From assembly GCA_039586365.1 (NCBI GenBank), contig JBDHKN010000087.1, positions 1 to 20,257 of the forward strand: a stretch of DNA of 20,257 nt, given 5' to 3'. This DNA comes from Gemmatimonadota bacterium. Lineage in GTDB: Bacteria > Gemmatimonadota > Gemmatimonadetes > Gemmatimonadales > GWC2-71-9. Numbering within the stretch: the stretch's first letter is position 1; each line of letters begins with the position of its first letter. Shown in pieces: positions 8,217-17,009 of this stretch. The position numbers were made by a program, and so were the translations under genes. Below the pieces are notes generated by a model. That model did not search any database. It was not told the origin of the DNA and was given only the letters and a program-made list of their open reading frames with translations.

Positions 8217-8376
8217 GCCTAACAAGCGCTTGCAGCTGGCGCTGCAGCCTTTCCGGGAACGGCCTCTGAACTTCAGTCAGGTGAGTTCATTGCACTTAGT
8301 GACATCGCGCTTCGGTCTCTGCTCCGTGGACCCACGTGCTCCAGCGGGGCGCAGGTGAAACGCGGAGTCGTTAGGC
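8217..8376 (+). repeat. attC site, ~160-bp family (160 bp) with a 140-family-like L' box
   Basis: GCCTAAC-aagcgcttgcagctgg ... gcgcaggtgaaacgc-ggagtc-GTTAGGC. Confidence 0.92.
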
Positions 8377-8399
8377 CGACTGCTGCCGGAGGACTTAGT

Positions 8400-8816
8400 G
8401 TGAACGTTAAGACACCTAAGAGGATTGCGACTGTCGGCGGAGCGCTTCTCTCCATCAGTGGTCTGGTGAATGCCGTGCTCGGGGCACGGATAGGAGTACT
8501 AGTCTACGACGCGTATCCCGGCGGAAGAATGGGTGATGTGGGCGTCATTGCCGGCGTTGCCGGGATAGTCATCGGCATTGTTATTGTCTTCCTTGTCGTT
8601 CCTCTCTTCGAACGCCGTAACCGGGCGCTTCTAGCGCTTGGCGGCGTTCTCACGATTGTATTAGGGCACGCTGGCGCAATCGCCGGCGCAATCTACGTTG
8701 GGACGCTGGGGGTGATTCTCTGCTACATAGCAGGCGTTTGGATGCTGGTTATCGCCGCGAGGGGAGTCAACACTCGAAACTGGCGATCCCACTCTGGCGG
8801 GTCAGCAGCGGCCTAA
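8400..8816 (+). CDS. Hypothetical Gly-rich membrane protein (~4 TM)
   Basis: GGAGGA RBS before GTG 8400. Stop TAA lies inside R'' (GCC-TAA-C). Confidence 0.75.
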   Translation: MNVKTPKRIATVGGALLSISGLVNAVLGARIGVLVYDAYPGGRMGDVGVIAGVAGIVIGIVIVFLVVPLFERRNRALLALGGVLTIVLGHAGAIAGAIYVGTLGVILCYIAGVWMLVIAARGVNTRNWRSHSGGSAAA

Positions 8817-8950
8817 CAAGCGTTTGCACCTGTCGCGGGCGCCATGTGGGGCTGTGGCCCTAGATTGTCATTAGTCATGTTCAGCTGTCCAGCCGCTTCC
8901 TCAATCGGGCGCGGTCGTTGCCGCGCAGGTGAAACGTATATCCGTTAGGC
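8811..8950 (+). repeat. attC site, ~140-bp family (140 bp)
   Basis: GCCTAAC ... gcgcaggtgaaacgtatatcc-GTTAGGC. Confidence 0.94.
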
Positions 8951-8973
8951 GTCACCCGCGCAGAAGGTCTCAC

Positions 8974-9483
8974 ATGGTGAAGATCGACCAACAAGGTGGA
9001 GTGCTAGGCACGTGGCAAACCAGCAGTCGCGTGACGGCATTTCTAATCGAAAACCTTCCAGATGAGGTATGGTGCTCGACCATTCCGGGGGCGCCGAGGC
9101 GAACGGTGCAGATGATCGGGGGGCACCTCCACAACTGCCGCTGCATGTGGGTCAAGATGCTCGGCAAGAGACACGGTCTAGCCGTCCCGCGGGGTGTGGG
9201 CCGGTACGGGGTGTCGCGGCGCCAGCTTTTGGCAGCACTGGGTCGGAGTGCTCGCGCCATCGCTGGGCTATTGGAAGTCGGTCTCGCGAACGGCGGACAC
9301 CTCGCTGGATTCTCGCCACCGGAGGTCACACACTTCCTGGCCTACCATGTAGCACACGAGGGTCACCACCGCGGGCAGATTGTGATGGTGGCTCGACAGC
9401 TCGGCCACCGACTGCCGGCGGAGGTCACGAACGGCTTGTGGCAATGGTCGAAGCGCGGCCGCGAGGCGAGGGGTGACGCCTAA
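8974..9483 (+). CDS. DinB/YfiT-like four-helix metal-binding family protein
   Basis: His triad: GGHLHN and HEGHHRGQI. Stop lies inside R''. Confidence 0.88.
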   Translation: MVKIDQQGGVLGTWQTSSRVTAFLIENLPDEVWCSTIPGAPRRTVQMIGGHLHNCRCMWVKMLGKRHGLAVPRGVGRYGVSRRQLLAALGRSARAIAGLLEVGLANGGHLAGFSPPEVTHFLAYHVAHEGHHRGQIVMVARQLGHRLPAEVTNGLWQWSKRGREARGDA

Positions 9484-9617
9484 CCAGCGTTTGCACCTGA
9501 CGCGGGCGCTATCGATGACGAGTCTTTAGATTGTCATTAGGCCGCGTTCGGCGGTCGGGCCGCTCCCGTGGACGGGCGCGGTCGTTGCCGCGCAGGTGAA
9601 ACGCATATCCGTTAGGC
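9478..9617 (+). repeat. attC site, ~140-bp family (140 bp)
   Basis: GCCTAAC ... gcgcaggtgaaacgcatatcc-GTTAGGC. Confidence 0.94.
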
Positions 9618-9690
9618 ATCGCTCAGGCCACCCGCACACAGTCTGGACGAGCACGTCTTCTGGGACTGCGGACTGGAGCCAAATGGAGGA

Positions 9691-10182
9691 TCAGCCCCCG
9701 CCTCCGAGCAGTTCCCGCGCCTCATCCTCGGTAAGCCCGGCCTCGCCCACGTCCGCGCTGGCGTCGAGCAATTCCCGGTCCTCCGCCATTCTGGCTAGGG
9801 CCAGCGAACCAGCAGCGGAGCCCGCACCCGCCAGTGCGAACACAGGTCCCAAGACCAGAAGGGCCTCCCCAAGGCCCTCCCCTCCAAGGGCCGCCGCCAA
9901 GACAAAGATCCCGGACAGCAGAAGACCCCCAATGCCTCCCCACACTGCAAAGCGCGGAAGCGACATCTGGTCAAACCTGCGCCGGCGCTCAACAATCCCG
10001 AGGACCCCAGAGAACATGACGCCGGCAAGAAAGCCGAGCAGAGCAAAGAAAAGGGGAAACGGGACGTCGGCGGCGCCAAAACCGACTACGAGCAGGAGGA
10101 TTAGGCCCGCGCCGAACCATGCTATTGCCCAGGTCAGACCCATGGCGATTGCGCCGCGGATGCGTCGCAGCCACGTCTTCAT
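9691..10182 (-). CDS. Hypothetical 4-TM membrane protein, inverted within its cassette
   Basis: GGAGGTGG RBS before ATG 10182. MKTWLRRIRGAIAMGLTWAIAW followed by hydrophobic helices. Confidence 0.85.
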   Translation of the reverse strand: MKTWLRRIRGAIAMGLTWAIAWFGAGLILLLVVGFGAADVPFPLFFALLGFLAGVMFSGVLGIVERRRRFDQMSLPRFAVWGGIGGLLLSGIFVLAAALGGEGLGEALLVLGPVFALAGAGSAAGSLALARMAEDRELLDASADVGEAGLTEDEARELLGGGG

Positions 10183-10255
10183 TGCCACCTCCCTGTGCAC
10201 TTGAACCTACTAGCCGACGCTGGTTCCCATGCAGCTTTACAGCACTTTGTTTCGC

Positions 10256-10283
10256 AAGGTAGCGCCAGAGAAGAGGGCGTCAA
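10256..10283 (-). promoter_or_regulatory. Candidate sigma70 promoter of the inverted gene
   Basis: Minus strand TTGACG-N16-TACCTT, about 75 nt upstream of the ATG. Confidence 0.5.
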
Positions 10284-10359
10284 CAGAGCGGACCGACTCA
10301 GTCCCCACGATACCCTAGGTGCCGGGCCGAGAGTGCGTCTCTCCCGTCGCGGCGGCGAT

Positions 10360-10499
10360 GCCTAACAAGCGTTTGCACCTGGCGCGGGCGCCGTACGGTG
10401 CGATGGCCTTAGATTGTAAATGGTTGTGTGCCGTGGCCCGGCCGCTTCCTCAATCGGGAGCGGTCGTAGCCGCGCAGGTGAAACGCATATCCGTTAGGA
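10360..10499 (+). repeat. attC site, ~140-bp family (140 bp)
   Basis: GCCTAAC ... gcgcaggtgaaacgcatatcc-GTTAGGA. Confidence 0.93.
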
Positions 10500-10540
10500 A
10501 GCAAGAGCGAGGATTGGGCGGTTGTCTCCAGGGGGTTCCT

Positions 10541-11548
10541 ATGGAGGTGCTAGCTTCGAACAGCACGACGGTGTCCCGCAGATCTGTGTGGACCTTCCTC
10601 GTCCTGCTGTGCGTGCTCTCGTGGCCGGTCTGGGTGGTCTCCGGAGTGCTGCCCAGAGCGGGCACGGGCGGATACGATGCACGCTGGCTCGTCGCCCAGA
10701 TCGGGGTGATGGGCCCATCGCTCGCCGCGCTGGTCGTGTCCGGCTCCCTGAGCCGCGCGCTGCGCTGGAATAGCCTGCGCCTGCTCCCCTTCGTTCTCGG
10801 TCCGTTGGTTGTGCCCGGCATACTCGTGGCGCACGCTTCTCCGGTCCAAGTCTCGTTGATGCCACTGCTGCCTGCGGTCGCTACCGTGGTCGTCGCCGCT
10901 CTCGTTGTGCTGTTCCTGTCTCCGCTGAGTAGCCGGCTGCTCGGTCCCGCGACCGGAACACCACAGGTACGACCGCCGGCCAGAGTAGTCCTGCTCAGCC
11001 TGACACTCTTCCCGGCTCTCTTCCTTCTGTCTTGGGCGTTCGTGAGTGTTCAGGGCGGCCATTTCGAGATGGCGGCCTTGCAGGCGGGACCGCTGGAATC
11101 CGCGTGGATCCTGCTCGTGTGCTTCGCCCACAACCTGCTGTTGGGGGGCTCACTGGGAGAAGAGCTCGGCTGGCGCGGATTCCTGCTGCCCGCGCTGCTG
11201 AGAGAGAGGAGTCCCCTCGAGGCGTCGCTCGTGCTTGCCGTTGTGGGGGGAGTGTGGCATCTACCGATCGATCTGTACGCCGGATTCGGTATCACAGGCC
11301 CTGGGGCCATCCTGGTCAGGATCCTCTTCCTCGTTCCGGTGTCAATCCTTTTCACGTGGTTCTACCTTCGTTCGAAGGGAAGCCTGCTTATCGCCATACT
11401 GCTTCACACGTCCGTCAACGTAGTGAGTGATCTCGGCCTTTCGAGCTATGAAAACGCGGCGATAGTGTTCGGCCTTCTGACAGGCGTGGCCGCCCTGGTC
11501 CTTTCGGTTTTCAGCGCAGTGTTACGTAGGGCTGCAGCCGGTACTTAG
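10541..11548 (+). CDS. CPBP family intramembrane metalloprotease (CAAX/Abi)
   Basis: GEELGWRG, WHLP and AILLHTSVN motifs, many TM helices. Start approximate. Confidence 0.9.
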   Translation: MEVLASNSTTVSRRSVWTFLVLLCVLSWPVWVVSGVLPRAGTGGYDARWLVAQIGVMGPSLAALVVSGSLSRALRWNSLRLLPFVLGPLVVPGILVAHASPVQVSLMPLLPAVATVVVAALVVLFLSPLSSRLLGPATGTPQVRPPARVVLLSLTLFPALFLLSWAFVSVQGGHFEMAALQAGPLESAWILLVCFAHNLLLGGSLGEELGWRGFLLPALLRERSPLEASLVLAVVGGVWHLPIDLYAGFGITGPGAILVRILFLVPVSILFTWFYLRSKGSLLIAILLHTSVNVVSDLGLSSYENAAIVFGLLTGVAALVLSVFSAVLRRAAAGT

Positions 11549-11581
11549 GCAACCTCATGGCCACTATGGCTGCGGCTCGCT

Positions 11582-11647
11582 TCCTAACGGGGCGTTGCAC
11601 CTGACAGCGCGCATTGCGCGCCGCAGGTGAACGCCAGCACGTTAGGC
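11582..11647 (+). repeat. attC site, short type (66 bp)
   Basis: TCCTAAC-ggggcgttgcacctgac-agcgcgcattgcgcgc-cgcaggtgaacgcc-agcac-GTTAGGC. Confidence 0.9.
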
Positions 11648-11687
11648 CGCGTGGCGCGCGCTGTGCAACAAGCGTGGAGGTAAACCG

Positions 11688-12371
11688 ATGACAGTCTGGG
11701 TATTTCCTGCACTTGTTATGTTTGGCTTGGCGGCACAGACCCCCAGTTCTCAGACAACCGAGCCCGTCATCGTCACGAGCGCGACTGGTGAAGTAACGAT
11801 CAGCCCGGATAAGGCTGTTGTTTGGATCGGGGTTGAAACTACTGAGTCACTGGCCGCGAAGGCAGCGCGCGAGACTGCGTCCAAGCTCCGTGCGCTCGTC
11901 GACACACTCGTGGCCCTGGGATTCTCACGTGATTCTCTTCCTACGACTGGATACTCGGTGGGTCCCGAGTGGCGAGATGGAGAGGGAGAACGCTGCTACC
12001 AAGCAAGGGCAACGATCCGGTTGGATGTGTCAGACTTGGAACGGATTCCGGAGATCCTCGATGCCGCTCTGGCAGCTGGAGCCAACAACATCCCTTACAT
12101 CCAACTTGAGGCGGAAGATACGGAAACTGCTCGGCAAACGGCTATCAGTCAGGCTGTGGACAAAGCTCGCAAGGATGCGGAAGCGTTGGCCCGTGCGGCT
12201 GGCGGCCGCTTGGGTCACTTACTGGAGTTGTCCATGAAGCCAGAGTATGGCTATGCGTTCGAAATGGCTACGGCGGAGATAGCGCCATTTTCCTCCATGC
12301 CGTTCACTCCTCAGAACGTGACAGTTACGGCGAGGGTTACGGCAAAATGGCAGTATCTAGAGCCTGGATGA
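11688..12371 (+). CDS. SIMPL (DUF541) domain secreted protein
   Basis: GGAGGT RBS, signal peptide. TGEVTISPDKAVVWIGVET, LDAALAAGAN, AVDKARKDAEALARAAG motifs. Confidence 0.9.
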   Translation: MTVWVFPALVMFGLAAQTPSSQTTEPVIVTSATGEVTISPDKAVVWIGVETTESLAAKAARETASKLRALVDTLVALGFSRDSLPTTGYSVGPEWRDGEGERCYQARATIRLDVSDLERIPEILDAALAAGANNIPYIQLEAEDTETARQTAISQAVDKARKDAEALARAAGGRLGHLLELSMKPEYGYAFEMATAEIAPFSSMPFTPQNVTVTARVTAKWQYLEPG

Positions 12372-12393
12372 TAGGGTCACCGTGGTCCACGCG

Positions 12394-12534
12394 GCCTAAC
12401 AAGCGTTTGCACCTGACGCGGGCACCGTACGGGGTTCTGGGCTTAGATTGTCGTTCACTCGTGTTCAGTGGTCCGGTCGCTTCCGCAATCGAGCGCGGTC
12501 GGTGCCGCGCAGGTGAAACGCTAATCCGTTAGGC
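12394..12534 (+). repeat. attC site, ~140-bp family (141 bp)
   Basis: GCCTAAC ... gcgcaggtgaaacgctaatcc-GTTAGGC. Confidence 0.94.
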
Positions 12535-12572
12535 GGACTGAGGCTGCAGAAATCATCTATATCGGAGCTGTC

Positions 12573-13097
12573 ATGAAAGCCAGGTACCTCGCACCGTCAG
12601 CTATAGCATTGGCGGTTAGTTTGCTTGTCGCGTCTGTGGGTAGTAGCCAAGAACTCGATGAGCATCTGCTTTTGCTTGAACCACTAACAGGTGTCACGTG
12701 GGTCGGGCATTTCGTGGAGTCGCCGGACTCCGGACTTATCCACGTAGTTCGCTGGGAGCCCGTATTGAACGGAGCCGTCATCAGGTCAACCAAGGAAGTG
12801 ACAACTCTGAACTTCAGAATGGAGACCCTATATTTCTGGGACTGGGAAAAGGAGGAAATCTCATTCCTTCAGCTTACTAGCAGAGGATTCTTTAGCAGGG
12901 GCACTGTTGCGATTGTCGAAGACAAGATGACGCTGTCTGGGAGGAGTATACGACCCAATAGCGTAGTCGAGTTCAAACAGACGTTTGAGATCCGACCGGA
13001 TAGGACACTTCACGACTACTTCTATCACAGAGCTGACGGTGAGTGGAAGCTGGGACATCGGATCGTCTATACTAGGCAGGAATGTTCCAATAGATAG
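12573..13097 (+). CDS. Hypothetical secreted beta-rich protein
   Basis: GGAG RBS, signal peptide. LEPLTGVTWVG start resembles lipocalin/DUF1579-like barrels. Confidence 0.7.
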   Translation: MKARYLAPSAIALAVSLLVASVGSSQELDEHLLLLEPLTGVTWVGHFVESPDSGLIHVVRWEPVLNGAVIRSTKEVTTLNFRMETLYFWDWEKEEISFLQLTSRGFFSRGTVAIVEDKMTLSGRSIRPNSVVEFKQTFEIRPDRTLHDYFYHRADGEWKLGHRIVYTRQECSNR

Positions 13098-13103
13098 CGA
13101 GCC

Positions 13104-13265
13104 GCCTAACAAGCGTTTGCAGCTGGCGCTGCGTGCTTCGCATAGACAGCCTTTGTTCCGTAGTGATTGTGGATTCCGTGGTCGTGGTGACGATTAGCTG
13201 ATTGCCATTGTTCGCAGCTGCGCCGCTCGTTCCTCACGGCACAGATGAAACGCTGACCGTTAGAC
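13104..13265 (+). repeat. attC site, 162-bp subfamily
   Basis: GCCTAAC-aagcgtttgcagctgg ... cgctcgttcctcacggcacagatgaaacgctgacc-GTTAGAC. Confidence 0.9.
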
Positions 13266-13291
13266 AGCACCAGAAGTTGTAGAGGTGGTGC

Positions 13292-14038
13292 ATGCGCCTC
13301 ATTGGCTTCTTGCTGTTTGGCTGCCTTCTGCTGACGGGTTTGCCTGCCGCAGCACAGGGTCCCGAACGACTGTCGGCCACCGATGTCTCGCCGCCTGTGT
13401 GGGGTGTGCTGGAGCTACCGCAGGCGCCGGGACCCCACCCCGGAGTAGTCATCCTTCCCGGTGCCGCTGGCTGGCGACCGTTGTATGCAGAGGTTGCCAG
13501 AGCCCTCGCCGACTCCGGATTCGTGACGTTGGCGCTCGACTACTACGCGGAGACCGGCGGCCCTGCGATCGGCTCGGACGAGAAGCTCCGGAAGTGGCCG
13601 ACGTGGAAGGCCACGGTCCGGAACGCGGTCGAGTACCTCAAGGGTTTGCCGACGGTCGCCAACCGGCCGGTGGGCTTGGTCGGATATTCCCGCGGCGCGT
13701 TCCTCGCGGTCTCGGTGGCCTCTTCGGCCTCAGGTGTCCAGGCCGTCGTGGACTTCTTCGGTGGGGGAGGAGGGGGGACGGATTCCCTAGAGCAGGAGGT
13801 GCGGGGGTTTCCTCCGCTCCTCATCCTCCACGGTGATGCCGATGAAGTCGTGCCGGTGAGGTTTGCCGAGACCCTGCGGGATGCAGTCGTCGCTCAGGGC
13901 GGCCAAGTGGAAATACACATCTACTCCGGCGTTGGCCACGCCTTCAATGCACCTGGGGCGTCAACGTATTCGGAGTCGGCAGCGGTCGATGCCTTCCGTC
14001 GTACGGTTGAGTTCCTGCGGCGTCGTCTGGCAGACTGA
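13292..14038 (+). CDS. Secreted dienelactone hydrolase family alpha/beta hydrolase (Ser nucleophile)
   Basis: Signal peptide AAA-Q. GYSRG elbow, LHGDADEVVP, GHAF. Confidence 0.9.
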   Translation: MRLIGFLLFGCLLLTGLPAAAQGPERLSATDVSPPVWGVLELPQAPGPHPGVVILPGAAGWRPLYAEVARALADSGFVTLALDYYAETGGPAIGSDEKLRKWPTWKATVRNAVEYLKGLPTVANRPVGLVGYSRGAFLAVSVASSASGVQAVVDFFGGGGGGTDSLEQEVRGFPPLLILHGDADEVVPVRFAETLRDAVVAQGGQVEIHIYSGVGHAFNAPGASTYSESAAVDAFRRTVEFLRRRLAD

Positions 14039-14055
14039 CCACTTGCCGCTGTGCT

Positions 14056-14193
14056 GTCTAACAGGCGCTTGCTGCTGGCGGGCGCGTGGACTGGCGGAGT
14101 GATCGCGCGCGTAGCAGGTTCCGTGAGGATGTCATTGACACACGTTGCTGCTGGTGCGACTGCGCCCGCAGCAGAAGCGCAGGGTCGTTAGGC
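14056..14193 (+). repeat. attC site, divergent type (138 bp)
   Basis: GTCTAAC-aggcgcttgctgctggcgggcgc ... gcgcccgcagcagaagcgc-agggtc-GTTAGGC. Confidence 0.92.
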
Positions 14194-14219
14194 GGCGTCT
14201 CAAGGAAAGGAAGCGACTC

Positions 14220-14699
14220 TTGCACAAGTCATCCTTCGGAGTCCTCGGTGCATTGGCTGTCACAGCGCTTGGCATATCCTGCACCGAGTCGAGCCAAAGA
14301 GCCAGTTCCGAGGTCGCTCATCTGAATTCACCCGAGATGGAAGCGCTTGGTCTGCCGTTCTCGGAGGCGGTTCGCGTTGGCAACACCCTTTACTTGTCCG
14401 GACAGATCGGTATCCTCCCGGGCACCACTGAGCTCGTGCCCGGTGGTATCGTAGAGGAAACGAGGCAGACCCTAGAGAACATACGTGCGGTGCTTGAGCG
14501 CCATGGTTCGAGCCTCGACCAGGTAGTCAAGTGCACAATCTTCCTGGCGGACATCGGCGAGTGGCCAAGAATGAACGAGGTGTACGGGACGTACTTCGGC
14601 GATAGGAAGCCTGCCCGTAGTGCAGTCGCTGGCAGTGGGCTTGCCCTCGGAGCGAGAGTCGAGATCGATTGCATTGCAGTTATAGGAAGTGAGGACTGA
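14220..14699 (+). CDS. ridA: RidA (YjgF/YER057c/UK114) family protein with a putative lipoprotein signal
   Basis: PFSEAVRVGNTLYLSGQIG, MNEVY, KPARS, ARVEIDCIA. TTG start after AAGGAAAGGAAG. N-terminus ...ALAVTALGISC. Confidence 0.88.
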   Translation: MHKSSFGVLGALAVTALGISCTESSQRASSEVAHLNSPEMEALGLPFSEAVRVGNTLYLSGQIGILPGTTELVPGGIVEETRQTLENIRAVLERHGSSLDQVVKCTIFLADIGEWPRMNEVYGTYFGDRKPARSAVAGSGLALGARVEIDCIAVIGSED

Positions 14700-14708
14700 T
14701 ACGACGCC

Positions 14709-14868
14709 GCCTAACAAGCGCTTGCAGCTGGCGCTGCGACCTGTCGTGCAACGGCATTTGTTCCGTCGTGAGGTGGGTTCGTTGCAGTTGGTGACATCGC
14801 GCTTCGGCCTCTGCTCCGTGGCCCCCCGCGCTCCTCAGGGGCGCAGCTGAAGCGCAGAGTCGTTGGGC
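14709..14868 (+). repeat. attC site, ~160-bp family (160 bp)
   Basis: GCCTAAC ... gcgcagctgaagcgcagagtc-GTTGGGC. Confidence 0.95.
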
Positions 14869-14902
14869 CGCGTAACCCTCAACAGAAGGGAGCAGTGGAT
14901 TG

Positions 14903-15871
14903 ATGGCGAAATGGCTATCCTGTGACACCGGGCTGCAGATCAGAGCGGCAAGCAATCTGGTACCGCCGCGGACCGTCACCTTCCAGCGCACCATAGCTGC
15001 CGTCATGGTCGTATTGGCGCTCCTCGTTCCGTACCATGCTATGGCGCAGGGCGATACATGGCCGCGGCGAGTACTAATCACCAACGACAACGGCATCTCA
15101 GACGTCGCCACGCAGGCACTCGCGCGCTCGTTCGCAAACACCGCCGACGTTGTCCTCGTGGCGCCCAGTGAAGACCGGAGCGGCACGTCCAACCTGATGT
15201 CCTTCACACGGACAGGCCGGTTCGTGGTTGAGCGGCTCGACATTGGGGAGGGCATCCGAGCGTGGGCATTAGATGGCTACCCGGCCGATTGTGTGGTCTT
15301 CGCGCTGGCCGGACCCATGGCTGAGGAGCTACCGGACCTTGTCGTATCGGGGATCAACGGCGGCGCCAACATGGCGGACGAATGGTTCGGCTCGGGCACC
15401 ATCGCTGCGGCGCGGACCGCGGCCTTCCTGGGAATCCCCGCCATCGCGGTTTCCGGTATCGACGACGACGATCCGGAGGCCGTGGCAGCCGTGGTGGACT
15501 GGGTTGTGCGTCTTGCAAGGAGCCCAATCATGCAACGTGTCCAGCCGCCGAGCTACCTGACCATCAGCCTCCCCGTCGGACCGCCGTCGCAGATCACTGG
15601 CATCGAAGTTGTGGACCGAGCACGTGGACTCTTGGGAGGCGTGGCCTGGCTGGATGAGGCGGCCAGTCAGGCAGCCGGCAAGGAGGTATGGTCGATCGAG
15701 ATCGAGGCACAGGGCCAGCCAGACGCCGAGTCGGACGTGGCCGCCGTCGCGCGCCGCCGCATCGCGCTCGTGCCAATGCGCGTCGGCGACGCCGACCTTG
15801 AGACGCTGGATTGGTTGCGCACGAACGAGGGCCTTCTGCCCCCGTGGCGTCAGCTACCACCCGAACGGTGA
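14903..15871 (+). CDS. surE: SurE-like 5'/3'-nucleotidase with a signal peptide
   Basis: RVLITNDNG, APSEDRSG, GYPADCV, SGINGGAN, SGTIAAA, GIPAIAVS. Start uncertain. Confidence 0.87.
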   Translation: MAKWLSCDTGLQIRAASNLVPPRTVTFQRTIAAVMVVLALLVPYHAMAQGDTWPRRVLITNDNGISDVATQALARSFANTADVVLVAPSEDRSGTSNLMSFTRTGRFVVERLDIGEGIRAWALDGYPADCVVFALAGPMAEELPDLVVSGINGGANMADEWFGSGTIAAARTAAFLGIPAIAVSGIDDDDPEAVAAVVDWVVRLARSPIMQRVQPPSYLTISLPVGPPSQITGIEVVDRARGLLGGVAWLDEAASQAAGKEVWSIEIEAQGQPDAESDVAAVARRRIALVPMRVGDADLETLDWLRTNEGLLPPWRQLPPER

Positions 15872-15886
15872 ACTGGCCTCAACGCG

Positions 15887-15952
15887 GTCCAACAAGGCGA
15901 TGCACCTGACGGTCCGCTCCGCGGCCCGCAGGTGATCGCCGATCTGTTAGGC
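15887..15952 (+). repeat. attC site, short type (66 bp)
   Basis: GTCCAAC-aaggcgatgcacctgacgg ... ccgcaggtgatcgcc-gatct-GTTAGGC. Confidence 0.9.
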
Positions 15953-16085
15953 CGCTCTCATAGCTGGAGGTCCTCGGCTGGCTGCGCGCTCGAATTCCGA
16001 AGGTCTTCCATCAGGCTACGGGCCATCGCAGGTGAACGGCGTGTGTCATATATCGACCGCAGTACCTAACGTGTTGGAGGTAGGC

Positions 16086-16886
16086 ATGCATGAACGGAAT
16101 GGCACCGTGTTTTCCATTCTCCTGAAGAATCGGAGAATGAGGTATTGTCTGGGGCTGCTCGGCGTGCTTCTGTGGCCCCCCTTGTCTTCGGTGGCATACT
16201 TAGAAGCGCAGGAATTGACTGGTCTCCGTGGAGATCCTGCCGCCATCGCGGACGCTGAGAAGATGGTCGAAGCGATGGGCGGTCTGGCTATCTGGCGTGA
16301 GCTTGAGGGCGTTCACTTTGTTCACGAGTGGGACATCTTCGACCGTCCTGACATCTACCTGGAAAACGAGATTCTGGATCTCACTGGGCCACGCTCGTAC
16401 GTCACGATGGAGAGCGAGATATACAACAGAGTTCGAGCGTATAGCCCTGAGTATGGATACTGGAATGTAGTCAACGGGGAGTTCTCGTATGCCAGCGATC
16501 AGGCATACGCGAATGCCATGGAGCGGGCTCCATATAGTATTTACCGACTAGCCAGAGCCATTGCCCGGGGCGATAGCTTTTATTCTGTCCAGTTCGGTCC
16601 AATGAGGGGTATGCCCGGCACAACCGCCCTTGAGTTTCGCGGTCCAGACGGCGAAATCCACGGCTGGATCCTGCTCAACACCAGAAAGGAGCCGGTGGTG
16701 TGGGCGACGACCCAGTACAGCTATAGCTTTGGCCCGCTACAGCGGTTCGGGAATCTCCGTGTCCCGAGGTGGGCGATGACTGGGGGCGGCCGGGTTCGTT
16801 ACGAGATGGTGTCACTGACCGGAAGTAGTGAGCGCCCCGATCTTTCGCTCTTTGCCCCGCCGCCTGAATTTCGCGGGGAATTCTAG
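16086..16886 (+). CDS. Hypothetical secreted protein (allele 1 of a repeated cassette)
   Basis: GGAGGT RBS then ATG 16086. Hydrophobic signal ending LEA-Q. Mostly synonymous divergence from allele 2 supports this frame. Confidence 0.85.
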   Translation: MHERNGTVFSILLKNRRMRYCLGLLGVLLWPPLSSVAYLEAQELTGLRGDPAAIADAEKMVEAMGGLAIWRELEGVHFVHEWDIFDRPDIYLENEILDLTGPRSYVTMESEIYNRVRAYSPEYGYWNVVNGEFSYASDQAYANAMERAPYSIYRLARAIARGDSFYSVQFGPMRGMPGTTALEFRGPDGEIHGWILLNTRKEPVVWATTQYSYSFGPLQRFGNLRVPRWAMTGGGRVRYEMVSLTGSSERPDLSLFAPPPEFRGEF

Positions 16887-16908
16887 CTGAAGCGCATATC
16901 TGCTAGCT
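16885..16908 (+). repeat. attC right-arm remnant (L'-spacer-mutated R')
   Basis: AGCTGAAGCGCATATCT-GCTAGCT aligns without gaps to AGGTGAAACGCATATCC-GTTAGGC. Confidence 0.7.
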
Positions 16909-17009
16909 GGCCAGTCATCTTGAGTAGAAGCCGCATCGCCGATGTTTGCAGTGTGAGTTTTCGCGTTGCTAGGTTTCTCGTTCATGGCTGCTCAGAACGA
17001 GGTGCAACA

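Noticed and set aside
9596..10204. 202-aa plus-strand ORF
   Set aside because: Low-complexity Ser/Pro/Arg antisense shadow of the minus-strand membrane protein, which has a clear RBS.
13761..13778. G-rich run encoding GGGGGG in the hydrolase as a phase-variable tract
   Set aside because: The run is interrupted (longest G6) and the frame is intact.
1455..14219. ORF-track N-terminal extensions starting inside attC (1455, 7450, 8355, 8929, 10319, 14145)
   Set aside because: These starts belong to the previous cassette's attC, so downstream starts were used for the CDS calls. The frame coincidence is reported separately as a finding.
16026..16050. CGCAGGTGAACGGC as another attC right arm (also near 19743)
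   Set aside because: No GTT at the expected spacing and no complementary left arm.
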